This document shows, one piece after another, positions 16,343 to 26,699 of a DNA stretch of 64,000 nucleotides. The position numbers and the translations under genes are program-made. Every line of letters starts with the position of its first letter. Positions within the stretch are counted from its first letter, which is position 1. The DNA comes from a virus. Lineage: Duplodnaviria > Heunggongvirae > Uroviricota > Caudoviricetes. The notes beneath the pieces are model-generated. The model saw nothing but the letters and a program-made list of their open reading frames with translations. It was not told the origin of the DNA and did not search any database. The stretch lies in IMG/VR virus record IMGVR_UViG_3300021963_000025, positions 1-64,000 of that record; one strand, written 5' to 3'.

Positions 16343-18679
16343 ATGGCAGTATTCAAATCCACAGTATCAATTGAGTCTGGTACCTCAACATCACAAACAA
16401 AGCTCTCATCGACAGATAACAACAATCTGAACGATGGGGCTATCTTGCGCAAAAAGAAGATTAATTCTACAGTTAACACGGGATTATTTCGCTCAAGTAA
16501 TGCGAGTAGAGGTTCATACATCTATATTAAATCAAGTGCATCAAATCCAAAACATACTGCAATTATGGTAAGTTCAAGAGAGCAGCCGCTTGCAACACTA
16601 TACCCTGGAGAACATGCATTAATTCCACTTTCTAAAGAATTACGCGATCTTAGTGCAATTACTACATACGGAACTGCCGAATTAGAATACTTCTACGGTA
16701 GCCGTGGAGAGGACATGGGAGAGTCTATATTATTAAGTTATAGAGATAGAAATTCTGGTGCTTGGGTATTTTTTACAATGGATGCCGCTACCGGAACCCC
16801 TAGTGGTTTATATGGAACTGGAGTACCTTACGGAGAATATCCAGGCTGTAGCGTTTCTGGATTGGTAAACAATAAAGGATATATTTTACGTTTTAATAGT
16901 GGTGCAGGTGACCGTAATAGACTCTTATTTGTAAATAGTAAGGGACAGGTAATCTATGTTGTAGACATCAATACTAGTTATAATAGTTATTATGGTGGTG
17001 GAAAGGCAAACTTAATAACCTGGATTGGCGAAGGAGGAAATGCAATTTACTTTGATGGAGATAATGTTTACACTCATACATTTGGCAACGTAGGTTCAAT
17101 ATACATTCAAGATAATTGGGATCAATGTACTGCGGACGGAACATTTTCTGTAGTTATTACATCAGTAGAGTCTAGAGATCCGGAATCATTATACTTAATT
17201 AAAGGAGCCTCTAAAAAGCTTATTAAATCCTATAATTCAAATCGCGGATTATATGTAGATTCTTATTTATATTCTTATGCTAATTTTATTGCAGTAGAAA
17301 CAAGGAATCAAAATACAGAAGGTAGAACTCTTGAAATTTATAGTACTAAAGGTACAATTCTTAAAACTGTAGATTTTACAGGAATACGAATTGGAGGTTC
17401 TAATTTCTATTTCTATGGTACAGGTAAGTTACAAATAGTTTATAATGAAATAAATGGTCGTAAAGAACAATTATTTTTAAATTATAATCAAAATACTGGT
17501 AAATTTATCGGAGATGACTTTAAATGGAAATCAACAGAAACCGGTGCTTATGAAGTTATTTGTGATACTTATAGTACAATTTCAGGTAAGAACTACAATC
17601 CAGAATCAATTGCAATCTTAACATACGGTGAAAGTGGAAATAGTGGAACTTACTTTTTAGACACAGAAGTTAAGGGTCTTATTGAAGTAACATATATTAT
17701 CAATAATGACAAGGCTCCAAGAAATTATACAATTGAACCGAGATTTGAAAGAACATGCCACATTTCTACTAAAGCATTTACAAGTGCTGCTGATGTTGTC
17801 TTATTAATTGGAGATTATATAGATGAAGGCGCATTAACTGCAACCCGATTCACTTCAACCGGAGAACCAACAACGTTCACAATTATTCCAGAATTAAAAA
17901 ATTATGATGTGAGTAATATTAAAAATGGTGTTCCGGCTAATTATGGAATTTCTGGAGACTATCATTATATTGATTTTATTTCTAAAATTAAAGGTCGTGA
18001 AAATCTAAGAGACATTATTGTTTTTAATAGCACAAATTTATTAGACAAAGTTTCAGTATACTATGATAATTATAATGGATATAGCGCTTATAATTTAATA
18101 TATGTAGTAGATTGGGACAGTGGTAAATCATGGTACTTCAACACTTCTACTAAAAAAATGGTTCCTTCTGTACAAGATATATGGGACTATTGGACTCCTC
18201 AATATGAAGGTTTAAGAAACTTAAATAATACGGGTATTGTACTTCCAGTAAGATATTTTAATGATAGAACTAATGAAACAATCTATGCAACAGTTATAAA
18301 CCGAGGTGTTTCTGGAAGTGAAAAGGAAATACTAACTTTAAAAAATTCACTAGATGGTGGAATTTATGCGTGGGACTTTATTGTAAGTACTGAAACAATA
18401 GCGTTAGGATATAAACAAAACTGGAATAGTACCTGGAAAGTTAAAGTCTTTGACCTTAGCCTGAATCTATTATATGAAATAGATACTAAAAAACCAAATT
18501 GTAATAGTGTTCTAAGTTCTGGTAAAATAAATAACCATCAATTCAGTGATAGGGATGGAAATTGGACGATTTATAATTTTAACCGATTGTTAAATGTAAA
18601 AGATGTATTGAACAAAGATAATCAATTTACCCAGTTTCTTAACAACAATGGATTCGGTCAAAAAGAAAAAACCAAATAA
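16343..18679 (+). CDS. large Asn/Tyr/Gly-rich protein, putative virion structural or receptor-binding protein (paralogue B)
   Basis: 778 aa; tandem paralogue of CDS 13975-16308. Confidence 0.75.
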   Translation: MAVFKSTVSIESGTSTSQTKLSSTDNNNLNDGAILRKKKINSTVNTGLFRSSNASRGSYIYIKSSASNPKHTAIMVSSREQPLATLYPGEHALIPLSKELRDLSAITTYGTAELEYFYGSRGEDMGESILLSYRDRNSGAWVFFTMDAATGTPSGLYGTGVPYGEYPGCSVSGLVNNKGYILRFNSGAGDRNRLLFVNSKGQVIYVVDINTSYNSYYGGGKANLITWIGEGGNAIYFDGDNVYTHTFGNVGSIYIQDNWDQCTADGTFSVVITSVESRDPESLYLIKGASKKLIKSYNSNRGLYVDSYLYSYANFIAVETRNQNTEGRTLEIYSTKGTILKTVDFTGIRIGGSNFYFYGTGKLQIVYNEINGRKEQLFLNYNQNTGKFIGDDFKWKSTETGAYEVICDTYSTISGKNYNPESIAILTYGESGNSGTYFLDTEVKGLIEVTYIINNDKAPRNYTIEPRFERTCHISTKAFTSAADVVLLIGDYIDEGALTATRFTSTGEPTTFTIIPELKNYDVSNIKNGVPANYGISGDYHYIDFISKIKGRENLRDIIVFNSTNLLDKVSVYYDNYNGYSAYNLIYVVDWDSGKSWYFNTSTKKMVPSVQDIWDYWTPQYEGLRNLNNTGIVLPVRYFNDRTNETIYATVINRGVSGSEKEILTLKNSLDGGIYAWDFIVSTETIALGYKQNWNSTWKVKVFDLSLNLLYEIDTKKPNCNSVLSSGKINNHQFSDRDGNWTIYNFNRLLNVKDVLNKDNQFTQFLNNNGFGQKEKTK

Positions 18680-18704
18680 ATAATAAAAATAAAATCATAT
18701 AAAA

Positions 18705-19166
18705 ATGAACTACACGATCAATGCAAATATCTACGAAATTGTAGATTTGAACTACAAAAAGAAAGATTCAAAAGGTGTTTTACTTGCTTCTGACTACAAC
18801 AAAGAACAGGTTAAAAAGAGAGCTTTTAGTTTATCAACCGGAACCGGAGTTGCAACATTTACAGCAGATGAAATTATTGCAAATGTAAAAACTAAATTAA
18901 ATCTTCCAGATACTATAGTTGATGTTAAACTTACAGCGCAAGGAGCTGATTTAGTTGGAACTGAACCAGTAACAGCATACGGAGTAAAATTTGAGGCAAG
19001 TTTTCCATGTAAAACTCCAGAACAAGTTGGTCCAGTTGCAGAAGCACCAGTTGCTCCAACTCCTGCTCCAGCCCCAGTTGTAGAAGCTCAAGTAACTCCA
19101 GAACCAGTGGTTGAAACTCCACCGGTTGAAACTCCTATTACTCCAACACCAGAAAACCCTGCATAA
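18705..19166 (+). CDS. hypothetical protein with Pro/Ala/Val/Glu/Thr-rich C-terminal linker
   Basis: C-terminus PVAEAPVAPTPAPAPVVEAQVTPEPVVETPPVETPITPTPENPA. Confidence 0.65.
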   Translation: MNYTINANIYEIVDLNYKKKDSKGVLLASDYNKEQVKKRAFSLSTGTGVATFTADEIIANVKTKLNLPDTIVDVKLTAQGADLVGTEPVTAYGVKFEASFPCKTPEQVGPVAEAPVAPTPAPAPVVEAQVTPEPVVETPPVETPITPTPENPA

Positions 19167-19184
19167 ATAAAAATAATATAAGAC

Positions 19185-19601
19185 ATGGCATCATTAAAAA
19201 CAACAATAAACCTGGATTCAACCACTCTTTTCCCAAATCCGTTGGCTCTTAAATCAGTAGATACTGAGAATATTAGTGCTGATTTATCTTCATTAGCAAC
19301 TAATCAATTACAACCTTCAGGTGAAGAGGTAATCTTAAACACAAATGAACAATCTGGAGATTCTGGAGTTATGTACTTTTATTGTAAATCAGTAACTACC
19401 AATTCAAACTTTGGTATTGATATTTACTTAACGCATAATTCAGACGATCAAAATACTTTCCATTTTGCAAGATTACTATCAGGAAATGCAGCATTCTTAC
19501 CGATTTATGCAGCAGATTCACAAGGATTTACAATCAGCGTTAAAAACAACGACCCAGTTAATCCAGCAACAGTACAATATTTCTACGGAGCAAAAGCATA
19601 A
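19185..19601 (+). CDS. hypothetical protein
   Basis: 138-aa ORF followed by a terminator. Confidence 0.65.
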   Translation: MASLKTTINLDSTTLFPNPLALKSVDTENISADLSSLATNQLQPSGEEVILNTNEQSGDSGVMYFYCKSVTTNSNFGIDIYLTHNSDDQNTFHFARLLSGNAAFLPIYAADSQGFTISVKNNDPVNPATVQYFYGAKA

Positions 19602-19623
19602 TAAGAACACAATTTAATATAGA

Positions 19624-19649
19624 AGAGGAGCAATTGCTCCTCTTTTTTT
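19624..19649 (+). terminator. rho-independent terminator
   Basis: agaggagca-att-tgctcctct followed by TTTTTTT. Confidence 0.6.
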
Positions 19650-19708
19650 GTCAATGCTCCCAGATTGTTAATAACTTTTTGATAAAAAGTTTTACCGTGT
19701 CAAAAAAG

Positions 19709-19737
19709 TTGATTATATTTACATATCAAATTAAAAC
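19709..19737 (+). promoter_or_regulatory. conserved promoter-like cassette motif
   Basis: ttgattatatttacatatcaaattaaaac upstream of CDS 19747. Confidence 0.5.
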
Positions 19738-19746
19738 TTATACATT

Positions 19747-19947
19747 ATGACAAATACTACATTAGATTACAGTAAAATTAGCAACGTAAAAATTGGAGGA
19801 TTAGATATGGCAGACTTTCCAGATTTTTGTGATGCATATATCGAATCAGCGGACTACGATGGTGAAAAAATGACCGAAGAGGAATTAGACATTTTAAACG
19901 AGGATGGTTCTTTTATCTCTGAAGAGGCTCATAAAAGTTTATACTAA
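19747..19947 (+). CDS. hypothetical acidic protein
   Basis: 66-aa ORF between two promoter cassettes. Confidence 0.5.
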   Translation: MTNTTLDYSKISNVKIGGLDMADFPDFCDAYIESADYDGEKMTEEELDILNEDGSFISEEAHKSLY

Positions 19948-19994
19948 ACTTTAACAAAATTTTAACACTTCGGATTTTACCGATTCAGAAATAT

Positions 19995-20024
19995 TGATTA
20001 TATTTACATATCAAATTAAAACAA
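19995..20024 (+). promoter_or_regulatory. conserved promoter-like cassette motif
   Basis: ttgattatatttacatatcaaattaaaacaag upstream of CDS 20026. Confidence 0.5.
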
Positions 20025-20025
20025 G

Positions 20026-20691
20026 ATGAAAATAGTAGTTAACCCAGGACAAAGAGTCTTTTTTACTTCGGACACCCACTTCAACCATACAAATATTTGT
20101 AGAGGAGTTAGTAAATGGGATGGCGCCAGAGGTACTCGAGATTTCAGGACACTTTACGAGATGAACGCAAACATTCAGGACAATATAAACATGTTGGTCG
20201 GAGAAGACGACATCCTGATTCACTTAGGTGATTGGAGCTTTGGAGGTTTTGATTCTATCGTAGAATTTAGAAAAATGTTGAATTGTAAAAACATTCACCT
20301 TTTCCTAGGAAATCATGACCATCATATCCTTACAAACCGCGGAGATGTTCAAGACCTTTTCGCCTCAGTAAATGAGCAACGTATGGTTACAATTGTAATG
20401 CCTCCACCAGTTAAAGGTGCTGCCTGCCCAAAACACCGATTCGTAATGAGCCACTACCCACTGGCAAGCTGGCAAGATATGGGACAGGGAGTTATGCACG
20501 TTCACGGACATATCCATACACCTCACAGGTTTAAAGTTGGACCTGGCCGAATGATGGATGTTGGAATCGATGGAAACCCAGACTTTGGCCCTTACTCAAT
20601 ACAAGAAGTTTTGAAACTAATTGGCAATAGACCTATAAAATCTTTATTAACCCATGATTTTGACCACCATAACGACGCGGCAACTTCATAA
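20026..20691 (+). CDS. metallophosphoesterase (Ser/Thr phosphatase-like)
   Basis: SDTHFNH, GDWSFGG and GNHDHH motifs. Confidence 0.7.
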   Translation: MKIVVNPGQRVFFTSDTHFNHTNICRGVSKWDGARGTRDFRTLYEMNANIQDNINMLVGEDDILIHLGDWSFGGFDSIVEFRKMLNCKNIHLFLGNHDHHILTNRGDVQDLFASVNEQRMVTIVMPPPVKGAACPKHRFVMSHYPLASWQDMGQGVMHVHGHIHTPHRFKVGPGRMMDVGIDGNPDFGPYSIQEVLKLIGNRPIKSLLTHDFDHHNDAATS

Positions 20692-20703
20692 ATTTAAACA
20701 AGT

Positions 20704-20970
20704 ATGAATACATTTCTTAAATTTTTAGCAGCGCTATTAGGAGCAGCAATCTTAATAGCAGGAGTTACACAACTCCAACTAATTGCATTCGAATTAATGA
20801 ATGCGGCAGACACATTTTCTTTTTTCTTAGGGCTCTTTTACCTAGCAATTGTAATTTTTATCTGGGCGACCTCGATATATTACACATTCGACTATCTAAA
20901 AAAATTAGTCAATAAAAAAGACCCAGTAGAAGTAGAACAAACCGAAGACTCTGTAGAGGCAGAGCAATAA
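20704..20970 (+). CDS. small membrane protein
   Basis: Two predicted TM segments (LAALLGAAILIAGV, FLGLFYLAIVIFIWA) and an acidic tail. Confidence 0.55.
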   Translation: MNTFLKFLAALLGAAILIAGVTQLQLIAFELMNAADTFSFFLGLFYLAIVIFIWATSIYYTFDYLKKLVNKKDPVEVEQTEDSVEAEQ

Positions 20971-21011
20971 TTAAGTAACAAATAAAAATTAATAATTAAA
21001 AACAAAAAAAG

Positions 21012-21866
21012 ATGAGATTAAAATCAATTGTAGTAATTTTAGTAGTACTTTTAGGTCTATTAGGAGTTTCAAATTCATGTGAGCGTATTGATGCAGGACA
21101 TGTAGGTGTTAAAGTTAACCTTTACGGAAGTGGAAAAGGTGTAAGCGATGTAACAGAATGTACCGGATTAGTATTTTTCAATCCAATGTCAACCAAGATT
21201 TATGAATTCCCAACGTATGTTCAACATAAAGAGTATAAGAAAACTGATGAGGGAGACAATTCATTCACTGTAAATACTAAAGATGGTTCTGAATTCCATG
21301 TTTCTCCGGTAATTAACTATTCGGTACAACGTGAAAAGGTTCCAACAATATTCTCAAAATACAGAAGAACCCTGCCAGAAATTGAGGAAGGTTTCTTAAA
21401 AACTACTGTATATGATGCGTTCCGACTTGCAACTAATGCGTACACTGCCGAAGAATTAGTGTCTAATAGAGCAAACTTCGAAATCAAAGTAAGAAGCATA
21501 TTGACGGAACAGTTACAGAAGGAAGGATTTATTATTAATACATTTACATCCAACTTAGAATATCCTACGTCATTTAAGAATGCAATTAACGCCAAAAATA
21601 ATACAGTACAAGCAGCGTTACAAGCAGAAAATAAAGTAAAACAGGCAGAAGCAGAGGCAAAAATTAAAATTGCAACAGCAGAAGGTAATGCACAAGCCCT
21701 ATTAACAAATGCAAGAGCAGAAGCAGAGTCAAATAAATTGAGACAATCAACATTAACTCCGATGTTATTACAACAACAATGGATTGAAGCATGGAAACAT
21801 GGAGGTTCTCAAGTTCCTACCTACATTACTAACGGTGGTGAAAAGTTCATGATGAATATAAAATAA
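21012..21866 (+). CDS. SPFH/band-7 (prohibitin-like) domain membrane protein
   Basis: N-terminal TM, then HVGVKVNLYGSGKGVS...VSPVINYSV and a C-terminal Ala/Glu/Gln/Lys-rich coiled coil typical of SPFH proteins. Confidence 0.55.
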   Translation: MRLKSIVVILVVLLGLLGVSNSCERIDAGHVGVKVNLYGSGKGVSDVTECTGLVFFNPMSTKIYEFPTYVQHKEYKKTDEGDNSFTVNTKDGSEFHVSPVINYSVQREKVPTIFSKYRRTLPEIEEGFLKTTVYDAFRLATNAYTAEELVSNRANFEIKVRSILTEQLQKEGFIINTFTSNLEYPTSFKNAINAKNNTVQAALQAENKVKQAEAEAKIKIATAEGNAQALLTNARAEAESNKLRQSTLTPMLLQQQWIEAWKHGGSQVPTYITNGGEKFMMNIK

Positions 21867-21894
21867 AATTGTTAATAACTTTTTGAAAATAATT

Positions 21895-21924
21895 AACCTG
21901 ACATTTTACCGTGTCAGGTTTTTT
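21895..21924 (+). terminator. rho-independent terminator
   Basis: acctgac-attttaccgt-gtcaggt followed by TTTTTT. Confidence 0.55.
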
Positions 21925-21951
21925 GTTTATATTTACATTATAATTAAAACA
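21922..21951 (+). promoter_or_regulatory. conserved promoter-like cassette motif
   Basis: ttgtttatatttacattataattaaaacag upstream of CDS 21960. Confidence 0.5.
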
Positions 21952-21959
21952 GATAAATT

Positions 21960-22259
21960 ATGCAATTTAATCCACTTCATTTCACTGACAAAAACAATGA
22001 ACAAATTCAATTAGGAGACCTTGTTGAAGTAACCAAAGGTACTCATAAAGGACATGTATGTATTTTTGTATTTTGTATTCCACAACACCGTTTTGGTTTT
22101 ATGTACTTAAAATACTATCAAAAATTAGTAGAAAATAATAAAAACAACGGATACGATTTCAATATGTTTCCTGAAGATTTTGTAACAATGGATTCCAACT
22201 TGCAATTTTATTACACACCAACAAATCGTTTAGCAATTAAATCTACATTTGAAATTTAA
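21960..22259 (+). CDS. hypothetical protein
   Basis: ORF. Confidence 0.55.
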   Translation: MQFNPLHFTDKNNEQIQLGDLVEVTKGTHKGHVCIFVFCIPQHRFGFMYLKYYQKLVENNKNNGYDFNMFPEDFVTMDSNLQFYYTPTNRLAIKSTFEI

Positions 22260-22279
22260 AAATCAATTAAACTAAAAAT

Positions 22280-23215
22280 ATGAATTGTAGTTACAGAATA
22301 TTAAAAGATGTCCATATTGGACTAAGAGTACGTAAAACAAAGGACAAAACTACCGTGCCTTTTAAAAATGACCCGATGACGGGCGTAAAAATTATAAAAT
22401 GGAACCAATTAGGGTTTCAACTAAGTCACCCAGACCTACCAAAAGATATTTGGGTTGATTTCCATCAATTGCCACTTGATAGTCTTCAATTAGAATATGG
22501 AGTTATTAAGAATCCAATCACATTTGTAGAGCAAGTAATGATTGGAGGTACGATGGTCCTTGTCCGAGCCGATACTTTGGATTACATGGAAATGATACAT
22601 GACAAGAAGGAGAAGGAGGAGGCTGCAACCTACGGAGTTAAACAGTTGACTCCTGGTGATAGAGTTATTAGTGCAATATGTAAACATGGAAATGTAATGG
22701 TGTACTTAGGTACATTCAACGTTGCAACATGCGCATATTCTAGAAGTTATTCTTATGGATGGAGAAACGATGGCAAAACGTTCTACTATGTTAATGAAAC
22801 TCCTGAAAGAGCATTCTTTGCTTATGAAGACCCAGATGGAACATATAGCATTAAATCATATCCACTTCAAAACAAAATTGTCAAAGAGAATTATTTAGCC
22901 TCTGACAAGGATAAAGGCGATAGAGTAGACCCTCAATTTGCTGACGAAGAAAAAAATATGCAAATGTTATTAGATTTGTCACTAACTAGAGGATATGAAG
23001 CAAAATATCCTGTAGATAAAATGAATGAGATAAAGCAACAATACCCTAAAATGAAACTTGGAGGTTATGACTCTATTTGTTATATGCAAAAAGGTAAAAC
23101 TGAAATTAGAGCGAACGCTGTTAGTTTTGTATTAGAGCATAATTTAGTAGGAACATCAGAAGTATATCTAAATAAAGAAGATGCAAATCTTGCATTTAGT
23201 AAATGGAGAAGATAA
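22280..23215 (+). CDS. hypothetical protein
   Basis: 311-aa ORF. Confidence 0.65.
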   Translation: MNCSYRILKDVHIGLRVRKTKDKTTVPFKNDPMTGVKIIKWNQLGFQLSHPDLPKDIWVDFHQLPLDSLQLEYGVIKNPITFVEQVMIGGTMVLVRADTLDYMEMIHDKKEKEEAATYGVKQLTPGDRVISAICKHGNVMVYLGTFNVATCAYSRSYSYGWRNDGKTFYYVNETPERAFFAYEDPDGTYSIKSYPLQNKIVKENYLASDKDKGDRVDPQFADEEKNMQMLLDLSLTRGYEAKYPVDKMNEIKQQYPKMKLGGYDSICYMQKGKTEIRANAVSFVLEHNLVGTSEVYLNKEDANLAFSKWRR

Positions 23216-23562
23216 AAGATATGAAAAAAACATTTTATAGAGTATGCCACAAAGAAACCCTACAAGGGTTGTGGTATACTTACTCTGGAAATTTCACAGG
23301 ATTAATTCATAATGAATTTAATTTTTGTTTGAATAACACATTAGAAATGGAGTTTGATGAAACCATAGTAGGTTGGCTATCTGCAACTGATAGTTTAGAA
23401 TCCCTATGGGTTTGGTTTACTCAAGAAGATATAAAAGAACTTCAAAAACATGGATGGTACATTCACGAATTTGAAGCCGAAGATGTTAGATTTTACGAAA
23501 GATTTCAACACTTAGTAATTAAACAAGAAACCTCAAAAGTAATTAAATTAATTGAACTATAA
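23203..23562 (+). CDS. hypothetical protein
   Basis: ORF overlapping upstream gene by 13 nt. Confidence 0.55.
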   Translation: MEKIKDMKKTFYRVCHKETLQGLWYTYSGNFTGLIHNEFNFCLNNTLEMEFDETIVGWLSATDSLESLWVWFTQEDIKELQKHGWYIHEFEAEDVRFYERFQHLVIKQETSKVIKLIEL

Positions 23563-23564
23563 TT

Positions 23565-24230
23565 ATGAGCAATAAAGATAAAAAATTCACAGATTTTGAA
23601 AATCCAATAGAAGCATTAGCAACATTAACAAAAATAATGTCAAGCCCAGGATTTGGTAGTTTCTTTGGTGGAATGCCATTCCCAGAACCTGTAGAAAAAC
23701 ACCCATACCAAAAATTAGGAGATGGGTATGAACTTCGACCGATTCCTCTTACAAAAAAACAATCTGAAAACACCAGACTTGTAGAGATGAAATATTCTCA
23801 CCTGTACCATAATGACCTTAAAGTTTCGGACTTAATCTTTCGTAAGGGCGGACTTGGAGGAACTTTTAAAGATGGGTATTGTTCTTTAATCCATTATGTA
23901 AAAACTAAAGAGCCAAAAAAGAACGATAATGGTTTTTCATTTGGAACTCACGTTATTATTAATGGACTTGGAGAAATTTGTCTAAATAAAAACTCTTCAG
24001 ATTATCCATATCACACAGGTGGACATCTTGCTTCGATTGGTAATTATATTTATGATTTGCGAACTGGAAAGGCAATTGCACCTAAAAGTTCAACAACAAT
24101 CACTGGAGCAAATTGTATCATTATTGAACATAGATATGATTGGTACGACAAAGAAGTTGCACTACCATTAGGAATCTACCGAATTGATTTTCAAACAGCA
24201 GAAATAACAAAAATGGACGAAGCAAAATAA
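23565..24230 (+). CDS. hypothetical protein
   Basis: 221-aa ORF. Confidence 0.65.
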   Translation: MSNKDKKFTDFENPIEALATLTKIMSSPGFGSFFGGMPFPEPVEKHPYQKLGDGYELRPIPLTKKQSENTRLVEMKYSHLYHNDLKVSDLIFRKGGLGGTFKDGYCSLIHYVKTKEPKKNDNGFSFGTHVIINGLGEICLNKNSSDYPYHTGGHLASIGNYIYDLRTGKAIAPKSSTTITGANCIIIEHRYDWYDKEVALPLGIYRIDFQTAEITKMDEAK

Positions 24231-24277
24231 AACTTTAACAAAATTTTAACACTCTGGATTTTCAGGATTCAGACTAA

Positions 24278-24308
24278 TTGATTATATTTACATATCTAAT
24301 TTTAACAA
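24278..24308 (+). promoter_or_regulatory. conserved promoter-like cassette motif
   Basis: ttgattatatttacatatctaattttaacaa upstream of CDS 24318. Confidence 0.5.
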
Positions 24309-24317
24309 AGAAACATT

Positions 24318-24647
24318 ATGAACAGAGGAATTATTATTTTAGTAGTTGTATTTATCGTCGGAATCATAGCATTCGATATTTCATCTTACAACCACATTGA
24401 AACCATTACCGCCAAAGTAGAAGGTAAGGAGAGAATTACCGAACAGAATGGAAAAACCATTGACTCTTATTATTTAGTATACACCGACAAAGGTACATTA
24501 AAACTGGAAGATGACCTTTTTCGTGGTAATTTTTACTCAAGCGATGTATATGGAAAACTGAGACAAGATTCTACGTACACTTTTAAAACCGCAGGTTACC
24601 GTATTGGTTACATGAGTTCTTACCCTAACATTATAGAAGTTAAGTAA
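24318..24647 (+). CDS. hypothetical protein with N-terminal TM anchor
   Basis: ORF; IILVVVFIVGIIAF hydrophobic segment. Confidence 0.55.
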   Translation: MNRGIIILVVVFIVGIIAFDISSYNHIETITAKVEGKERITEQNGKTIDSYYLVYTDKGTLKLEDDLFRGNFYSSDVYGKLRQDSTYTFKTAGYRIGYMSSYPNIIEVK

Positions 24648-24649
24648 TC

Positions 24650-24994
24650 ATGACGACTCTACACCCAACATTCGACATTCCAATGGAGTTTATTGAAAAC
24701 TCAATCAATATTGGAATTCAATTAGCCGAAGCATCTCAACGAGGAGAAAAGAAATATATCAATGATTATAGTCCAGGAAATGATTTGAAAAACATCTATT
24801 TTGTTGGAGCTGGATTGGTTCTAGACACTCGAGATGAATTTGGACAAGAAGATGTAATTACATTAAGTCACGATTCTGAATCATTCGGAAGTTTCAGTGG
24901 TGGTCCAAGAAGATTGCTGAGCATTAAAGCAATTAGAAACTTAGAAAAATTAATGCAATTGTGCGAAATTAAACATAACCCTAAAAACTGGTAA
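24650..24994 (+). CDS. hypothetical protein
   Basis: ORF. Confidence 0.55.
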   Translation: MTTLHPTFDIPMEFIENSINIGIQLAEASQRGEKKYINDYSPGNDLKNIYFVGAGLVLDTRDEFGQEDVITLSHDSESFGSFSGGPRRLLSIKAIRNLEKLMQLCEIKHNPKNW

Positions 24995-24995
24995 A

Positions 24996-25403
24996 ATGCA
25001 AAAACATTATTTTGAATTAGACAAAGTAGACTCAATTACTCTAACACACGAAACTGAATCAAGTTACCGATGGTTTCCAGAGATTCCAGCCCGTGCTAAA
25101 ACATTCTTAGGTATTAAAACCGGTAAAATGCATCCAGCAATTCCAGCAGGTTGGAACGATAATATTGATGACAATGGAAATGAAAAATATCCATGGCGCA
25201 GAAAACAATCATCATATTTTAACGAATACCCATGGTATAAAATAACACCGTTTAGAATCTATAACAAATCGCATGTTGAAATCCGTTTTGGATATAAACA
25301 AACATTCGGAGTACGATTCGAATCAAATGAAGAGGCTCAAGACTATGTAGATGATTTAATCTCAAGCTCAGACAAACAATTTCACGTAATCATAAACAAA
25401 TAA
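24996..25403 (+). CDS. hypothetical protein
   Basis: ORF. Confidence 0.55.
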   Translation: MQKHYFELDKVDSITLTHETESSYRWFPEIPARAKTFLGIKTGKMHPAIPAGWNDNIDDNGNEKYPWRRKQSSYFNEYPWYKITPFRIYNKSHVEIRFGYKQTFGVRFESNEEAQDYVDDLISSSDKQFHVIINK

Positions 25404-25406
25404 GAT

Positions 25407-25622
25407 ATGTCAGAAGAATTTATCAAAGAGGCAAAGAACTTTAGAATGCAAATGAAATGGTGTTCTATTATGTGTTGGTTAGTTACATTAGTATTTGTAT
25501 TTATGCCAACCCCTAAAGGAGATTATGATTGGATTATTATTCCATTTGGAGGTGCAATATTAACATTATGTTATTTCAGTATGGATAAAAACATCAAGGA
25601 ATACGAAAAACTTAAAAAATAA
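25407..25622 (+). CDS. small membrane protein
   Basis: ORF with two hydrophobic segments. Confidence 0.5.
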   Translation: MSEEFIKEAKNFRMQMKWCSIMCWLVTLVFVFMPTPKGDYDWIIIPFGGAILTLCYFSMDKNIKEYEKLKK

Positions 25623-25626
25623 AAAT

Positions 25627-26160
25627 ATGAAATTAAACATCAATTCAAACACAGCCAAATTATACAGATGGTTCTATGGAACCTCTAAAATGCCAGAATC
25701 ATTATGTCCATACTTTTGGAAACTGGTCTTAATGTGGGCTTTTATCCTACCATATTCGATTGTATGTATTCCAGCAATTGTTATGGAAAAACTAGACCCA
25801 AGTGAAACTTTTAAAACTGGAGAGAGGGCAGGTATTTCCTTTCTTGTTTGGGTAGTTATAACATGTGCAATATCTATGTTATTTTCAATAAGTCTCTTTT
25901 GGTACCAATATCCAAAAGATACTTTAGGAATGCATTTACAAGCAATTGGAATTATATTATGGTTACTCGGAACTGCCTATGGTATTTGGCACGGAATCCA
26001 ATGGTTAATTAACAAATACAAAGATTCTAAAATTAAGTATGATGAGTTTGGCCGACGTATTTGGAACCCTGAGCCAAAACAGGATTCAATCATTGTAAGT
26101 TTCATTAAAGCATCTTATAACAAATACTGTCCTAGAATAGATTGGGACTATAAAAAATAA
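25627..26160 (+). CDS. integral membrane protein
   Basis: ORF with about 4 predicted TM helices. Confidence 0.55.
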   Translation: MKLNINSNTAKLYRWFYGTSKMPESLCPYFWKLVLMWAFILPYSIVCIPAIVMEKLDPSETFKTGERAGISFLVWVVITCAISMLFSISLFWYQYPKDTLGMHLQAIGIILWLLGTAYGIWHGIQWLINKYKDSKIKYDEFGRRIWNPEPKQDSIIVSFIKASYNKYCPRIDWDYKK

Positions 26161-26164
26161 GAAT

Positions 26165-26458
26165 ATGGCTGAAAATAGAAACCAATACTTAGAAATGGAT
26201 GGTCTATATTTTGAGTCTGAGACTCATGAATGGTTCCATGATAAAAGTAGTACAAATTACGCCCAAACTGACAATGGGTTAAACAAAGATGCCCTAAAAA
26301 ATATCTATTGTTTTGTTACAAGAAATAAACAGACCGGAGAATATGACAGGGTAATGATGGACTCTAAAACCAATGAAGTTATATTTGACACTAAGGAATT
26401 AGAAGTAATGGCATTCGAAATTGATAAAATGAAAGTCGCTAAAAGATTTAAAATATAA
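26165..26458 (+). CDS. hypothetical protein
   Basis: ORF. Confidence 0.55.
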   Translation: MAENRNQYLEMDGLYFESETHEWFHDKSSTNYAQTDNGLNKDALKNIYCFVTRNKQTGEYDRVMMDSKTNEVIFDTKELEVMAFEIDKMKVAKRFKI

Positions 26459-26460
26459 CT

Positions 26461-26697
26461 ATGAACGCAACAGACGCACTAGGAAACCCAATCGTATTGG
26501 GACAACAATATGGATATTCACAACAAAATAATGGAATGGTTCAGATTGTGATTGGAATAGCCGAAAAGGTAAACGAATTAAAAGTAACACTAACAAACGT
26601 ACAAGAACGTAAAGGAATGTTTGGACAAATAAATGAATCATTCCGACCAGAAACTCGAAGACGTTCTGTTAATTCATGTCACCTATTTAAAATTTAA
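26461..26697 (+). CDS. hypothetical protein
   Basis: ORF beginning MNA(T/N); shares its first codons with the next ORF. Confidence 0.5.
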   Translation: MNATDALGNPIVLGQQYGYSQQNNGMVQIVIGIAEKVNELKVTLTNVQERKGMFGQINESFRPETRRRSVNSCHLFKI

Positions 26698-26699
26698 CT

